The notes: a model not told the origin generated them from the sequence alone. A DNA stretch of 64,000 nucleotides from an uncultured Candidatus Saccharibacteria bacterium (GCA_965230925.1 OZ246403.1:202455-266454); one strand, 5' to 3'. Shown: positions 45,897 to 57,321, counted from the stretch's first letter. Translations and numbers: made by a program.

Positions 45897-47129
45897 TTAG
45901 TAACCAACCAATTTCTTAATTTTATCGTGCTGGCGGATTTTCTCGTGCGCTTTGGCCTCAATTTGGCGAATTCGTTCGCGGGTCACACCGAACTCTTTAC
46001 CCACCTCTTCAAGCGTCCGCATCACACCGTCTTTGAGTCCGTGACGCATCTCAAGAATTTGCCGTTCTTTGGGCGAAAGGTCGTTTAAAATTTCGTTAAT
46101 TTGGTCGCGAAGGATTCGGCGAGAAGTATCATTGTCGGGCGAAGAAATTTTATTATCCGGAATAAATTCACCGAGCGTCGACTTTTCTTCGTCGAGACCA
46201 GCGGGCTTGTCGAGCGAGGTGGTGTTCTGATCAATCTTCTCAATAATATGAACTTTCTCCACTTCAATTCCCATCTCGGTGGCAATCTCAGCGGGCAAAG
46301 GCTCGCGACCAAGATCTTGAAGCAAGCGGCGCACCACCTGCTTATACTTCGCAATTGTTTCCACCATGTGGACGGGAATCCGAATGATGCGGGACTGGTC
46401 TGCGATCGCGCGCGTTACCGCCTGACGAATCCACCAGGTCGCATAGGTTGAGAATTTATAGCCGCGCGTCCAATCAAATTTCTCCACCGCTTTAAACAAG
46501 CCCAAATTCCCCTCTTGAATCAAGTCAAGCAAGGTCAAATTATTACTCCGGCCCACATAGCGCTTGGCAATAGAAACCACGAGTCGGAGGTTAGCGTTTG
46601 CGAGCGCCTTCTGCGCCTCACCATCACCACGCAAAATTCTCTGAGCGAGTTCTCGTTCTTCAGCCGCCGCGATAAGCTTGTGCTTCCCAATTTCTTTCAA
46701 ATACATTTGGACCGAGTCTAGCGATGTGCCAGTGAGCGTTTTCCCCAACTTCGTTTTATCCAAAAATTCCGGGTCGTCAACATCAGCCAAAATGTCACTA
46801 TCTTCAAGCACGTCTACTCCAGCCGCTTCAAAGCGGTCATAAATTTCGCCCAAGAAATTTAAGTCATCTTCAATCTGAGGAAATTCCGCGAGAATCTCTG
46901 AGTAAGTAACGAAGCCGCGCTGGCGCCCTTTTACAAACAATCGCTCAAATTTCTGCTCCCGGTCAGCTCCTCGCTTGCCGAGAGACACAACTTTCTTCTC
47001 TTTTTTTACTGGTCCAACTACCGCCTTTTTCGCCACAGACTTCTTTGCCGGCGCCTTCTTAGCCACCGGCTTCTTGCTTACTTTCTTGAGAGGTTTCTTG
47101 AGGGGCTTCTTAGCTTTTTGTTTAGCCAT
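45897..47129 (-). CDS. rpoD: Primary sigma-70 factor
   Basis: DSVQMYLKEIG, NLRLVVSIAKRY, DLIQEGNLGL, KFSTYATWWIRQA, TRERIRQIE. Confidence 0.96.
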   Translation of the reverse strand: MAKQKAKKPLKKPLKKVSKKPVAKKAPAKKSVAKKAVVGPVKKEKKVVSLGKRGADREQKFERLFVKGRQRGFVTYSEILAEFPQIEDDLNFLGEIYDRFEAAGVDVLEDSDILADVDDPEFLDKTKLGKTLTGTSLDSVQMYLKEIGKHKLIAAAEERELAQRILRGDGEAQKALANANLRLVVSIAKRYVGRSNNLTLLDLIQEGNLGLFKAVEKFDWTRGYKFSTYATWWIRQAVTRAIADQSRIIRIPVHMVETIAKYKQVVRRLLQDLGREPLPAEIATEMGIEVEKVHIIEKIDQNTTSLDKPAGLDEEKSTLGEFIPDNKISSPDNDTSRRILRDQINEILNDLSPKERQILEMRHGLKDGVMRTLEEVGKEFGVTRERIRQIEAKAHEKIRQHDKIKKLVGY

Positions 47130-47132
47130 ATT

Positions 47133-48812
47133 TTAATTAAGTTTACTAAGTCTCGCGGAGATATCCTGGCATTTCTGAAGCAATTTTTCAAGCTGGGCAC
47201 TGTTCGGCGTCCCCTCCGCAAGCTTAAGTTCTGCTAAAGTTTGCGCGAGTGATTCGCGCCAGAATTCTCGCTCGAACTCTTGCGCGAGCTCAGCAAGCGC
47301 TGGTTCAAGCTTCACCTTTCCATAACTAATCTCAGTCTGGAGAAGTAACTCCTCACGGCGCGGCGCGAGCTTCTTCTCCCATTCGGGAAAACTCGTTTCA
47401 CCAAGCGCGGCCGGAACTGGAAGTTTGCTCAAAGCCAAGACTCCTATCAACCGTTCGGCAATTTTTTCGAGACGGGAAGAAACTGCCGGAGAAATAGCGG
47501 GATTTGGTTTTTGAATTTGTCGTTCAGGGGAAATAGTTTTTGTGGCAGCAAGGTCAGCGGTAATTGTTTCTTCTCGCAAATTAGTTCGCTCGGCAATTTT
47601 TTTAATAAAATGAGCTTGGTCGAGACGATTCACCAACTTCGCTAAATACGGATAAACTTCGGTCTGAACCAGCTTGGCAAAAGCGCGTGGCTCAGCGTTT
47701 CTTCCGAGCACCTCGAGCAGAAAATCAATCACGTGCTTCGTGTTCTTCGTCGCCGCGAGCCACTTACTTGGATCTTCTTTCACCAGATCCGCTGGATCAA
47801 CTCCTTCCGGCAATTCCGCCACCCGCACTTCAAAGCCGAGTTCAAGCGCCATCTCAATACCACGCTTAGCCGCCCGAAATCCGGCCAAGTCACCGTCAAA
47901 AGCCATTACCAAATTAGTCGTGAGACGCTTCAAGAGTTGCAAATGAAATTCAGTGAGAGCCGTACCGGAAACCGCCACCGTGTACGGCAACCCGGCCTGA
48001 TGAGAAAGAACAAGATCAAGTTGCCCTTCTACCAAAATAACCTGATCGGCCCGACGCATTTCCACCTTCGCCTTGTCGTAACCATAAAGAATTTTCGATT
48101 TGCTATAAAGCGGCGTTTCTGGACTATTCACGTACTTGCCCATATTTTCCGGCGGATTGGGACCAAAAACGCGACCAGAAAAACCAACCACTCGACCAGA
48201 AATATCCGAGAGTGGGAACATGATGCGCTCGCGGAAACGGTCATAAGGACTCACCTCGCGGGCATTCCCCTTCTCGGGCTTGATGGCGAGACCTGCTTGG
48301 AGCATTAAGCTATCAGAGAATCCGTTCTGGCGGAGATGTTGATACAAATTACGCCAGCCGGCGGGCGCAAAGCCAATTCGCCACGCGGTAATTGATTCTT
48401 TACTCACTCCCCGACTGAGCAAATAGGCAATCGCCTCCTGATTTTCTTCAAGCGACTGAACATAAAAGCGCGTCGCCCGCTCCAACACCTCATAGAGTCG
48501 TTCTTTCTCCGAGAGGGCTTGGCGATCAACAGGCGCGAGGTCGACGCCGGCGCGCAAAGCCAATTGCTTCAGCGCGCCTACAAAATCGAGCCCTTCAATT
48601 TCTTCTACGAAGCTGAAGATGTCTCCGCCGCGCGCGCAACCAAAACAATGATAATTTTGCCGCGCGGGCGAGACAAAGAACGACGGCGTTTTCTCATTAT
48701 GAAAGGGGCAGCGCGCTTTCCAATTCGCGCCCGCTTTCTCGAGCTTCAGATAACTGCCAATAACATCCGTGATCGAGAGCCGGGATTTAATTTGCTCCAC
48801 CGGCGCGGACAT
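47133..48812 (-). CDS. dnaG: DNA primase
   Basis: CPFHNEKTPSF..CFGC zinc finger, KYVNSPET, VEGQLD, FDGDLAG. Confidence 0.97.
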   Translation of the reverse strand: MSAPVEQIKSRLSITDVIGSYLKLEKAGANWKARCPFHNEKTPSFFVSPARQNYHCFGCARGGDIFSFVEEIEGLDFVGALKQLALRAGVDLAPVDRQALSEKERLYEVLERATRFYVQSLEENQEAIAYLLSRGVSKESITAWRIGFAPAGWRNLYQHLRQNGFSDSLMLQAGLAIKPEKGNAREVSPYDRFRERIMFPLSDISGRVVGFSGRVFGPNPPENMGKYVNSPETPLYSKSKILYGYDKAKVEMRRADQVILVEGQLDLVLSHQAGLPYTVAVSGTALTEFHLQLLKRLTTNLVMAFDGDLAGFRAAKRGIEMALELGFEVRVAELPEGVDPADLVKEDPSKWLAATKNTKHVIDFLLEVLGRNAEPRAFAKLVQTEVYPYLAKLVNRLDQAHFIKKIAERTNLREETITADLAATKTISPERQIQKPNPAISPAVSSRLEKIAERLIGVLALSKLPVPAALGETSFPEWEKKLAPRREELLLQTEISYGKVKLEPALAELAQEFEREFWRESLAQTLAELKLAEGTPNSAQLEKLLQKCQDISARLSKLN

Positions 48813-48815
48813 AAG

Positions 48816-51800
48816 TTAGGAGACGGGGCCAGAATCAGTCTCTGGATTATAGTCTGGGACGAGGCCGGTACCAGCTGGAATGAGGCGACCGATAATCACG
48901 TTCTCTTTAAGACCGCGGAGTTTGTCGAGACCGCCCTTAATCGCGGTACGAATGAGCACCTTAGTGGCCTGTTGGAAGGAAACTGCCGCGAGGAAGCTGG
49001 AAGTATTGAGCGAGACTTCGGAAATACCAAGCAGTAAAATATCACCCACCGCTTCCTCACCACTCTTTTTCTTCACCTCCGTATTGGCCTCAATGAGTTC
49101 CACGTTTTCAATAACTTCTCCAGCTTCAAATGGAGTATTACCACCATTCTTCACGAGGCGTCGTGAGAACATTTGGCGGATAATGAGTTCCAAATGCTTG
49201 CGTGAAATCGAGGCGCTCTGGAGTTCGTAAATATTATTGATCGCACTAATGATATATTCTTCCACCGCTTGCTTGCCGGCATACTTGAAGAGTTCTTGAA
49301 GATTCACTGGACCATCAGAGAGCACTTGACCACGCTTCACTTCATCACCTTTCTTCACAAGCACGGTGCGGAAGTTCGACAAGCTATATTCCTCTTCAGC
49401 CCCGGTCTTACTACCAGCCTTAGCGTCGGCCAGAATTTTCACCAAAATTTCTTTATCACCCGCCACAATGTCGGTCACCGTCCCATCAAATTCAGAAACA
49501 AGGGCTGGATTCTTGGGTGCGCGACGCTCGAAAACTTCTTCTACGCGAGGCAAACCACCGACGATATCGCCACCAATATCCACACCACCCGAGTGCTTTG
49601 TTCTCATCGTCAGCTGAGTTCCCGGCTCACCAATAGCTTGGGCGGCCACAATACCCACCGCTTCTCCGTGCTTCACCAGAGCGCCGCGACCAGGATCAGT
49701 CCCGTAACACATCGTGCAAACACCATAAGGCGCTTGGCAACAGAGCACACTACGGATCAGCACTTCGGTCACACCTTCATTTTCGATCTGTCGTGCTTCA
49801 TCACGAGTCAGCAAGTGGCCTTTCTTAAAGAGAGTTTTGCCGGCTGCACTCTTCACATCCTTGGCGAGTACGCGACCCTTAATGATGTTCGCGAGACTAG
49901 GATCAAAGGTTGAGGTGTGTGCCTTGGTGATCAAACGACCTTCTGCATCACCGCAATCGTCCATGGTAATGACCACTTCTTGCGCCACGTTCACAAGGCG
50001 TTGAGTAAGATAACCAGCCTTCGCCGTATTGAGCGCCGTGTCGGTGAGTGTTTTACGCGAACCGTGAGTGGTAATGAAGTATTCAATCGGCGAAAGACCT
50101 TCCTTATACGACGGAATGATCGGGAAATCGAGCGAGCGACCCGACACGCTAACCACTAGACCTTTCATGCCTGACATCTGAGAAATCTGCGCAATGGAAC
50201 CGCGAGCGCCTGAGGCCAAAAGATAGTTGAGCGAACTCTCACCGGTAAGGGTTGAAGGCAATAGCTTCTCGATCTTCGTCTTGGCACCAGCCCAAATTTC
50301 AATCGTTAGACGATACTTCTCATCCTTCGAGAGCAAACCTTCTTGGAAGTGTCCGTCTACCACCGCCGCTTCAGCGCGCGCGGCTTCAATAACTTCAGCC
50401 TTACCAGTCGGTACCATCACTTCATCGTGACCCCAGGTTACACCCGAGCGAGTCGCATAGTAGAAACCAAAGTCCTTAACTTTATCGAGCACCTTGTAAA
50501 TATTTTCCGTACCGTGAAGCGTAATGAGGTCATCCACAATTCGATTAAGCTCGCGACCATTCACTTCTTGATTGATGTAAGGGAAATCTTCTGGCAATTT
50601 AGCATTGAAGAGCAAGCGGCCCACCGAAGTTTCAAACATCCCTTCAGGAATATTTTTATACTTCTCACCTTCCCCACGCATCACTTTAATTTTGGCGCGA
50701 AGATCAATAATGCCGAAATCACAAGCGGTTACCGCGTCATTGAGACTGCTAAAACTTTTTCCTTCACCAGTTGCGCCCTCAAGAATCTTAGTTACCCAGT
50801 AAACACCGAGCACAATATCGAGCTTGGGATTCACAATTGGATTACCATTACCTGGCTTCAAGATATTGCGGTCAGCAGAGAGAAGTTCTGCGGCCTCTTT
50901 TTGCGCGGCGCCACTAAGCGGCAAGTGTACCGCCATTTGGTCACCGTCGAAGTCAGCATTGAAAGCCGAACAAACAAGCGGGTGAACCTGAATCGCATTA
51001 CCTTCAATCAAAATCGGGCGGAAGGCTTGAATACCGAGTCGGTGCAAAGTCGGCGCCCGGTTAAGAAGCACATGCTTATCTTTAATCACATTCTCAAGAA
51101 TTTCCCACACCTCCGGCACCTGATCATCAATGAGGCGACCGGCTCCACGGATATTGAAGGCCAGTTCATCCCTCAAAATTTTTGAGATCACAAAGGGTCG
51201 GAAGAGCTCGAGTGCCATATGCTTGGGCAGACCACATTCATTGAGCGCGAGATCCGGACCCACCACGATTACCGAGCGGCCCGAGTAGTCCACGCGCTTA
51301 CCAAGAAGGTTCTGACGGAAACGACCTTGCTTACCTTTCAAGTTATCAGACAAGGACTTAAGCGGTCGGCGTTGCGCTTGACCCACTACGCCCGAGCTCG
51401 TGGAACGGCGGATTGAATTATCGATAAGGGCATCCACGGCTTCTTGGAGAATACGCTTCTCATTGCGCAAAATAACTTCCGGCGCATTGAGTTCTTTGAG
51501 TTTCTTGAGACGATTATTACGGTTAATTACCCGGCGATACAAGTCATTAGCGTCTGAAGTGGCGTGGCGACCACCTTCAAGCGAGACCATTGGGCGGAGA
51601 TCAGGCGGAATCACGGGAATCGCGTCGAGGAACATCCATTCAGGCCGAATCCCCGACTTAATCATGGCGCGAAGTACATTGGCGCGCTTCTGAATTTTAA
51701 CGCGTTCCACCGGTCGCGCGGTCTCCAAATCAGTTTCCACCTGCTTCAAGAGTTGAGCAAGATCAAGATTTTTGAAAATATTATAAATCGCCTCCGCTCC

Positions 51801-52451
51801 AATCTCCGCCTCGAAGACTGAACCATATTTCATCGACAAGCGATGATAATTTAATTCATCAAGTACTTGCCAAGCCGAAAGTGACGAGAGAGCTTTCTTC
51901 GAAGCGAGGGCCAACTCTTTCAACTTCTCCTTACTCCGCTCATCTTGAAGCGACTTCACTCGCGACTTGTATTCATTATCAATCTCCTTAAGCATCTTCG
52001 CCTTCTCGACTTCATTTACCTTAGTGATGATGTAACCGGCGAAGTAAATTACTTTCTCGAGATCAGGAATCGAGAGATTAAGCATGAGACCAATCCGGCT
52101 CGGCACGCCGCGGAGGAACCAGATATGCGCCACCGGGCTAGCAAGATCAATATGACCCATGCGCTCACGACGAACAATCGAGCGCGTCACCTCCACACCA
52201 CAACGCTCACAGATAATATCCTTGTAGCGGATCCGACGATATTTCCCACAGTAACACTCATAATCCTTCTCGGGGCCGAAAATTCGCTCGTCGAAGAGAC
52301 CGCCGCGCTCCGAGCGCCCGGTGCGATAATTAATTGTTTCCGCCTTCGTTACCTCGCCATAAGACCATTCTCGAATCCGCTCTGGGCTTGCAAGCTTGAG
52401 CGTAATAGCATTGAAGTCGACTTGCTCGGAAAATTGTTTTTCTTGATTCAT
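48816..52451 (-). CDS. rpoC: RNA polymerase beta' subunit
   Basis: [36 protein letters not shown]. Confidence 0.99.
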   Translation of the reverse strand: MNQEKQFSEQVDFNAITLKLASPERIREWSYGEVTKAETINYRTGRSERGGLFDERIFGPEKDYECYCGKYRRIRYKDIICERCGVEVTRSIVRRERMGHIDLASPVAHIWFLRGVPSRIGLMLNLSIPDLEKVIYFAGYIITKVNEVEKAKMLKEIDNEYKSRVKSLQDERSKEKLKELALASKKALSSLSAWQVLDELNYHRLSMKYGSVFEAEIGAEAIYNIFKNLDLAQLLKQVETDLETARPVERVKIQKRANVLRAMIKSGIRPEWMFLDAIPVIPPDLRPMVSLEGGRHATSDANDLYRRVINRNNRLKKLKELNAPEVILRNEKRILQEAVDALIDNSIRRSTSSGVVGQAQRRPLKSLSDNLKGKQGRFRQNLLGKRVDYSGRSVIVVGPDLALNECGLPKHMALELFRPFVISKILRDELAFNIRGAGRLIDDQVPEVWEILENVIKDKHVLLNRAPTLHRLGIQAFRPILIEGNAIQVHPLVCSAFNADFDGDQMAVHLPLSGAAQKEAAELLSADRNILKPGNGNPIVNPKLDIVLGVYWVTKILEGATGEGKSFSSLNDAVTACDFGIIDLRAKIKVMRGEGEKYKNIPEGMFETSVGRLLFNAKLPEDFPYINQEVNGRELNRIVDDLITLHGTENIYKVLDKVKDFGFYYATRSGVTWGHDEVMVPTGKAEVIEAARAEAAVVDGHFQEGLLSKDEKYRLTIEIWAGAKTKIEKLLPSTLTGESSLNYLLASGARGSIAQISQMSGMKGLVVSVSGRSLDFPIIPSYKEGLSPIEYFITTHGSRKTLTDTALNTAKAGYLTQRLVNVAQEVVITMDDCGDAEGRLITKAHTSTFDPSLANIIKGRVLAKDVKSAAGKTLFKKGHLLTRDEARQIENEGVTEVLIRSVLCCQAPYGVCTMCYGTDPGRGALVKHGEAVGIVAAQAIGEPGTQLTMRTKHSGGVDIGGDIVGGLPRVEEVFERRAPKNPALVSEFDGTVTDIVAGDKEILVKILADAKAGSKTGAEEEYSLSNFRTVLVKKGDEVKRGQVLSDGPVNLQELFKYAGKQAVEEYIISAINNIYELQSASISRKHLELIIRQMFSRRLVKNGGNTPFEAGEVIENVELIEANTEVKKKSGEEAVGDILLLGISEVSLNTSSFLAAVSFQQATKVLIRTAIKGGLDKLRGLKENVIIGRLIPAGTGLVPDYNPETDSGPVS

Positions 52452-52456
52452 GATGA

Positions 52457-55400
52457 TTAATTAATTTTCTTGAGTTCGACATCGAGAGCGAGACCGCGAA
52501 GTTCGTTCAACATCACTTTAAATGACGCCGGCAAATTGGGCGGTTTAATCGGCTCACCTTTAATAATTGAATCGAAGGCTTGCGACCGGCCGGTAATATC
52601 ATCAGACTTAATAGTCAACATTTCGCGCAAGGTGTAAGCCGCGCCATAACCCTCCAGCGCCCACACTTCCATTTCTCCAAAGCGCTGGCCACCACGTTGA
52701 GCCTTACCACCGAGTGGCTGCTGGGTAATGAGTGAGTACGGACCAATCGAGCGCATGTGGATCTTGTCTTCCACCATGTGGTCGAGCTTGATCATATACA
52801 TGTAACCAATGGCGATCGGCTGACCGAAGATCTCACCCGTTTTACCATCATAAAGATCGACTTTACCGGACTCAGGAAAACCAGATTTCACCAACTCTTC
52901 ACCAATCTCTTGATTGGTTACACCCACGAAAGGAGGCGTAATGGCTTGGTAACCAAGAGTGTGAGCCGCGAGACCAAGGTGCATTTCAAAAATCTGACCC
53001 AAGTTCATACGACTTGGCACACCAAGTGGGGTGAGAATAATATCGATCGGTGTTCCATCGGCCGCATACGGCATATCTTCTTCAGGAAGAATCCGCGCAA
53101 TAACACCTTTGTTTCCGTGGCGACCACAGAGTTTGTCGCCCACCGAGATATTGCGGAGCTCCGCCACTTCCACGTGAATACGCTTATTAATCCCACTTTC
53201 GAGCTTGTCTCCGCGCTCACGAGAAAAGACTTTCACCCGCACCACCTTCCCTTTCTTACCGTTCGGGACGCGCTTCGAGCTGTCTTTCACGTCGCGAGAT
53301 TTCTCACCGAAGATCGAGCGCAAGAGTCGCTCTTCTGGTGTAAGCTCGGTCTCACCCTTCGGCGTAATCTTACCGACTAGAATGTCATTTGGGTTTACTT
53401 CAGCACCAATCCGCACCACGCCTTCTTCATCCAAATTCTTGAGCTTGGCCTCACCGACATTTGGAATATCAGGCGTTGTGACCTCCGGCCCTAGCTTGGT
53501 GTCACGAACATTGGCCTTAAATTCTTCAATATGAACACTAGAGAAAATGTGGTTCCGAACAAGACGCTCAGAAATAATAATCGCGTCTTCGTAGTTGGCC
53601 CCACCCCAAGGCATGAAGGCCACCAAAGCGTTTTGCCCCAGCGCCAATTCCCCCTCCACACTCGACGTAGTATCCGCGAGCAATTGCCCTTTCTTGACCT
53701 TATCATTCAAACTCACAATCGGCCGCTGATGAAGAATCGTGTTGTCATTGGTCTTCATGAAGTTCACCATTTCATAGGTTTCTTCTTCATTATCTCGATC
53801 GTTTTTGATCTTAATCACCTGACCGTCAACATAAGACACGGTTCCGGCGCTCTTGGCCAAAATTACGCGACCCGAGTCGTGAACCACTTGAGACTCAACA
53901 CCGGTCGCTACAAGTGGCGCTTCCGGCTTAATGCATGGAATCGCCTGCTTCTGCATGTTTGAACCCATCAAAGCGCGGTTGGCATCATCGTGCTCAAGGA
54001 AAGGAATGAGTGAAGTCGCAATGGAATAGGCCTGATATGGCGCAACGTCGATAAAGTCCACCTTCTCGCGCGCCACCACCGTAGGCTTACCCGCCGAGCG
54101 CACTTCCACCTCAGCATCAACCAAGCGATTATTCTCATCGTAGCGCACACTACCGTGAGCAATATTATATTTCTCTTCATCAAGAGCATTTAAGTAAACG
54201 AGTTCATTGGTGATCGTTCCCTTTTCCACTTTTCGATACGGCGTTTCCATCAAGCCAAATTGATTCACGCGAACATAATTGGCCGATTGCAAAATGAGAC
54301 CGATGTTTGGACCTTCTGGGGTATGAATGGGGCAAATGCGACCATAGTGCGAGGGGTGCACGTCGCGGACCTCAAGACCAGAACGTTTACGAGTAAGACC
54401 ACCTGGTCCGAGCGCCGAGAGACGGCGCAAGTGTTCCACCTCCGCCAGAATATTTTTCTGACTCATAAATTGCGACAGCTGGTTGGTGGTAAAGAACTCT
54501 TTCAATCGCGCTTGGAGTGGTCGAGGTGAAATGAGTTGAATTGGCAAAGTCGTATTAGTGTCTACCGTCGACATCCGATCTTGAATATTACGCTTCATCT
54601 GCACGAGACCGAGGCGCAAACGCTGCTGAAGCATTTCTCCCACCGAGCGTACGCGGCGCAAACCGAGGTGATCAATATCGTCAGCCACGGCATCCTTGGT
54701 GTTATTGAGCACCGCAATTTGGGAGACAATAGAGACCAAGTCATTGAGCGCAAGCGTCCGACCCTCTTCACCAGAACCTTCTACCGTAGAGCGACGATCA
54801 AGTCGCAAGCGGCCAACGGTCGAGAGGTCGTAGCGCGCGCGGGAGAAAAGATTGACCACATACTCGCGAGCTAGAGCGGCGTTGGCAAGGTCCGAGTCAC
54901 GCAAACGCTTATAAATTTCTAAATAAGAATCGTCCACCGACTTGGCGTGATCCTTGGCAAAACTGTTTTTCATATACGCGAGAGCAGCCGGATTCTCTTC
55001 AAAAAGCTTCAACAACTCTTCATCAGAGAGCGGCGTTCCGGCGAGGTCAGCAAACACCCGCAAGAGAGAAGAGATCGGGAACTTGCGCTTGCGATCAATG
55101 CGCACATTAATCACTTCGTCAGAATCCATCTCGAGTTCCACCCAAGCACCAATCGCCGGAATAATCTTGGCACCAAAGTAGCGCTTGCTCCGCACTTCCG
55201 TCTCGGCAAAGAAGACGCCAAAGCTCCGCGCGAGTTGCGGCACCACCACGCGCTCATTACCATTGACCACGAAGGTACCGTGCGCCGTCATAAGCGGAAA
55301 ATCAGCGAGGAAAATTTCTTGCTCCTTACTTTCCTTGAGAACCTTGTTCGTTAAACGAACCACCACTTTCAGCGGAGCGTCGTAAGAGAGTTGGTTCGAC

Positions 55401-55627
55401 GCCGCATGATACTCATTGAACTTCGGTTCCTCAATCTGGAACTTCAAGAATTCAAGATCAAACTTTTTTTCCGAATAGTCCTTGATCGGACTAAATTCTT
55501 TAAACACTTCTGCCAAACCATCCTTCACCAGCCAGGCATAGGACTCCTTCTGCGTCGCGATGATATCGGGCATCTCAACCAATGGCTCACGATACTTCGA
55601 AAAATACTTCTTGGGAGGATTAACCAT
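52457..55627 (-). CDS. rpoB: RNA polymerase beta subunit
   Basis: GDKLCGRHGNKG, GGQRFGEMEVWALE, RRLSALGPGG. Confidence 0.99.
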   Translation of the reverse strand: MVNPPKKYFSKYREPLVEMPDIIATQKESYAWLVKDGLAEVFKEFSPIKDYSEKKFDLEFLKFQIEEPKFNEYHAASNQLSYDAPLKVVVRLTNKVLKESKEQEIFLADFPLMTAHGTFVVNGNERVVVPQLARSFGVFFAETEVRSKRYFGAKIIPAIGAWVELEMDSDEVINVRIDRKRKFPISSLLRVFADLAGTPLSDEELLKLFEENPAALAYMKNSFAKDHAKSVDDSYLEIYKRLRDSDLANAALAREYVVNLFSRARYDLSTVGRLRLDRRSTVEGSGEEGRTLALNDLVSIVSQIAVLNNTKDAVADDIDHLGLRRVRSVGEMLQQRLRLGLVQMKRNIQDRMSTVDTNTTLPIQLISPRPLQARLKEFFTTNQLSQFMSQKNILAEVEHLRRLSALGPGGLTRKRSGLEVRDVHPSHYGRICPIHTPEGPNIGLILQSANYVRVNQFGLMETPYRKVEKGTITNELVYLNALDEEKYNIAHGSVRYDENNRLVDAEVEVRSAGKPTVVAREKVDFIDVAPYQAYSIATSLIPFLEHDDANRALMGSNMQKQAIPCIKPEAPLVATGVESQVVHDSGRVILAKSAGTVSYVDGQVIKIKNDRDNEEETYEMVNFMKTNDNTILHQRPIVSLNDKVKKGQLLADTTSSVEGELALGQNALVAFMPWGGANYEDAIIISERLVRNHIFSSVHIEEFKANVRDTKLGPEVTTPDIPNVGEAKLKNLDEEGVVRIGAEVNPNDILVGKITPKGETELTPEERLLRSIFGEKSRDVKDSSKRVPNGKKGKVVRVKVFSRERGDKLESGINKRIHVEVAELRNISVGDKLCGRHGNKGVIARILPEEDMPYAADGTPIDIILTPLGVPSRMNLGQIFEMHLGLAAHTLGYQAITPPFVGVTNQEIGEELVKSGFPESGKVDLYDGKTGEIFGQPIAIGYMYMIKLDHMVEDKIHMRSIGPYSLITQQPLGGKAQRGGQRFGEMEVWALEGYGAAYTLREMLTIKSDDITGRSQAFDSIIKGEPIKPPNLPASFKVMLNELRGLALDVELKKIN

Positions 55628-55771
55628 AGTGTTGAAAAAGAAAAAATTAACCGCCCCCGGCTAAGGGGTCTGGTTATTAATTTTTAAACTTAATAATAAT
55701 GAAACAAGGTCGTAGCGCTCTCCCCGTTGACGCCGTCAACCATAACTCAATCACGTAGTCAAGTAAGGGTG

Positions 55772-55799
55772 ATTATACCCAGCCGCAAATTCTTGTCAA
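55772..55799 (-). promoter_or_regulatory. Consensus sigma-70 promoter for rpoB
   Basis: TTGACA-16 nt-TATAAT on the minus strand. Confidence 0.8.
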
Positions 55800-55802
55800 A
55801 CT

Positions 55803-56477
55803 TTAGTTATCCCCAAGCGGCCGATTTGCCCGACCAGCGCGCCACTCATCAATTTTGCCATGATGGCCGGAAAGGAGCACTTTGGGTACGCGGTAATTTT
55901 TACCCTTATGTTTCAACACTTCTGGGCGGGTATAAACTTCGCTTGAAGCGATGCGATTTTCTTCTACTGATTCAAACTTGCCGAGAACACCGGGGATTTG
56001 GCGCGCCACCGCTTCAAGAATTACCAACGCCGGCAACTCCCCACCCGAGAGCACATAGGGACCAATCGAAATTTCTTCGGCCTTCAAAACTTTTTTCACC
56101 CGCGCATCAATCCCCTCATAGCGTCCGGCGATCAACACAATGTCTTGTTTACTCTTCGCTAATTTCTGCGCCAATTTATTATCAAACTGCTTCCCTGCTG
56201 GAGAGAGAACGTAAATCTTCGGCTTCCCGTTAATCTTCTCTATTGTTTTTAAAATCGGCTCGGCCTCAAGCACCATCCCCGGACCACCACCGTAAGGCTT
56301 GCCGTCCACGGTGCGCCGCCCGCTTGGTTCCGGCTTCACTAAGTCTCGAGGATTCCAAAATTTAACCGTAATTAACCCGCGCTCCAGAGCGCGGGCAATT
56401 ACTGATTCTCCGAGATAGCCCGTAAAAGCTTCTGGGAAAATCGAAACTAAATGGAAATGCTTAGCCTTTGAGGTCAC
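55803..56477 (-). CDS. trmD: tRNA (guanine-N1)-methyltransferase
   Basis: PYGGGPGMV, GRYEGIDAR, SIGPYVLSGGE, YTRP, LLSGHH. Confidence 0.97.
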   Translation of the reverse strand: MTSKAKHFHLVSIFPEAFTGYLGESVIARALERGLITVKFWNPRDLVKPEPSGRRTVDGKPYGGGPGMVLEAEPILKTIEKINGKPKIYVLSPAGKQFDNKLAQKLAKSKQDIVLIAGRYEGIDARVKKVLKAEEISIGPYVLSGGELPALVILEAVARQIPGVLGKFESVEENRIASSEVYTRPEVLKHKGKNYRVPKVLLSGHHGKIDEWRAGRANRPLGDN

Positions 56478-56784
56478 GCATTACATCCTCTACCGAGGCA
56501 TCCGCGGCGACCTGATTCATCCGAGTGCTACCGGCGGGTTCATTAATCTTAAGGTTAACCCGGGCATTGTTCTTCATCCCCACCACTCGAAGTAAGGTTC
56601 TGATTGCCTTGGCGGTGTTGCCTTGGCGACCAATGATCTTGCCCATATCGGCAGGATTCACATCGAGCGTGAGCAGAACTCCCATCTCATCTACTTTCCG
56701 ATCAACTTTAATGTCGTTCGGATTATCGACAAGCGATCGCACTACGACCTCTAGAAATTCTTGATCTAAATTCTTTTCTGCCAT
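56461..56784 (-). CDS. khpA: KH-domain RNA-binding protein
   Basis: DMGKIIGRQGNTAKAIRTLL. Confidence 0.92.
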   Translation of the reverse strand: MAEKNLDQEFLEVVVRSLVDNPNDIKVDRKVDEMGVLLTLDVNPADMGKIIGRQGNTAKAIRTLLRVVGMKNNARVNLKINEPAGSTRMNQVAADASVEDVMRDLKG

Positions 56785-56854
56785 TATCGTGTTTATCTTC
56801 CTGATCTAGCTGGTAATTCGACCAGACAAAATAATTGTAACGAAAAAATATTCT

Positions 56855-57232
56855 TCAAGCAACCGCAGGTTCAGCAACTTTTTCTTCTGCGGCGGGAGTA
56901 GGTTCGGCAGCTGGAGCTTCAGCAGGAGCTGACTCAGCAGCCTTAGGAGCCTCGGCCGTCGGCTTACGCTTCGGCAACACATTCACCTTCTTGCCTTCAA
57001 CAATCTTTTTATCCACAAGTAAGTTGCGGACTGTGCCGGTGGGTTGCGCTCCAACCGAAATCCAATACTTAATCCGGTCAGCATTCAATTGCACCGGGGC
57101 CTTGCGCGCATCGTAGTGACCAACAACTTCTAAGAATTTACCACTTTTGGTGCTGTTCTCAGAATCAGTAATAACAACCCGAAAGCTCGGATCATGTTTG
57201 CGCCCCACCCGTTGTAATCTAATCTTTAACAT
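56855..57232 (-). CDS. rpsP: 30S ribosomal protein S16
   Basis: MLKIRLQRVGRKH..FRVV..GAQPT; Ala/Pro/Glu-rich tail. Confidence 0.96.
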   Translation of the reverse strand: MLKIRLQRVGRKHDPSFRVVITDSENSTKSGKFLEVVGHYDARKAPVQLNADRIKYWISVGAQPTGTVRNLLVDKKIVEGKKVNVLPKRKPTAEAPKAAESAPAEAPAAEPTPAAEEKVAEPAVA

Positions 57233-57278
57233 TTGTGCTCGAAATACTAGCAAAGGAGGTCAAAAAGTCAAATGATAA

Positions 57279-57302
57279 GGGCGGGTCACAAGTGACCCGC
57301 CC
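57279..57302 (-). terminator. Hairpin, probable terminator
   Basis: GGGCGGGTCAC-AA-GTGACCCGCCC. Confidence 0.6.
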
Positions 57303-57321
57303 AACGCCAGGAAAAAACTTA

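Noticed and set aside
56461-56855. Missing rimM in the rpsP-khpA-trmD cluster as a novelty
   Set aside because: Gene loss of this kind is expected in reduced CPR genomes, and rimM could lie elsewhere.
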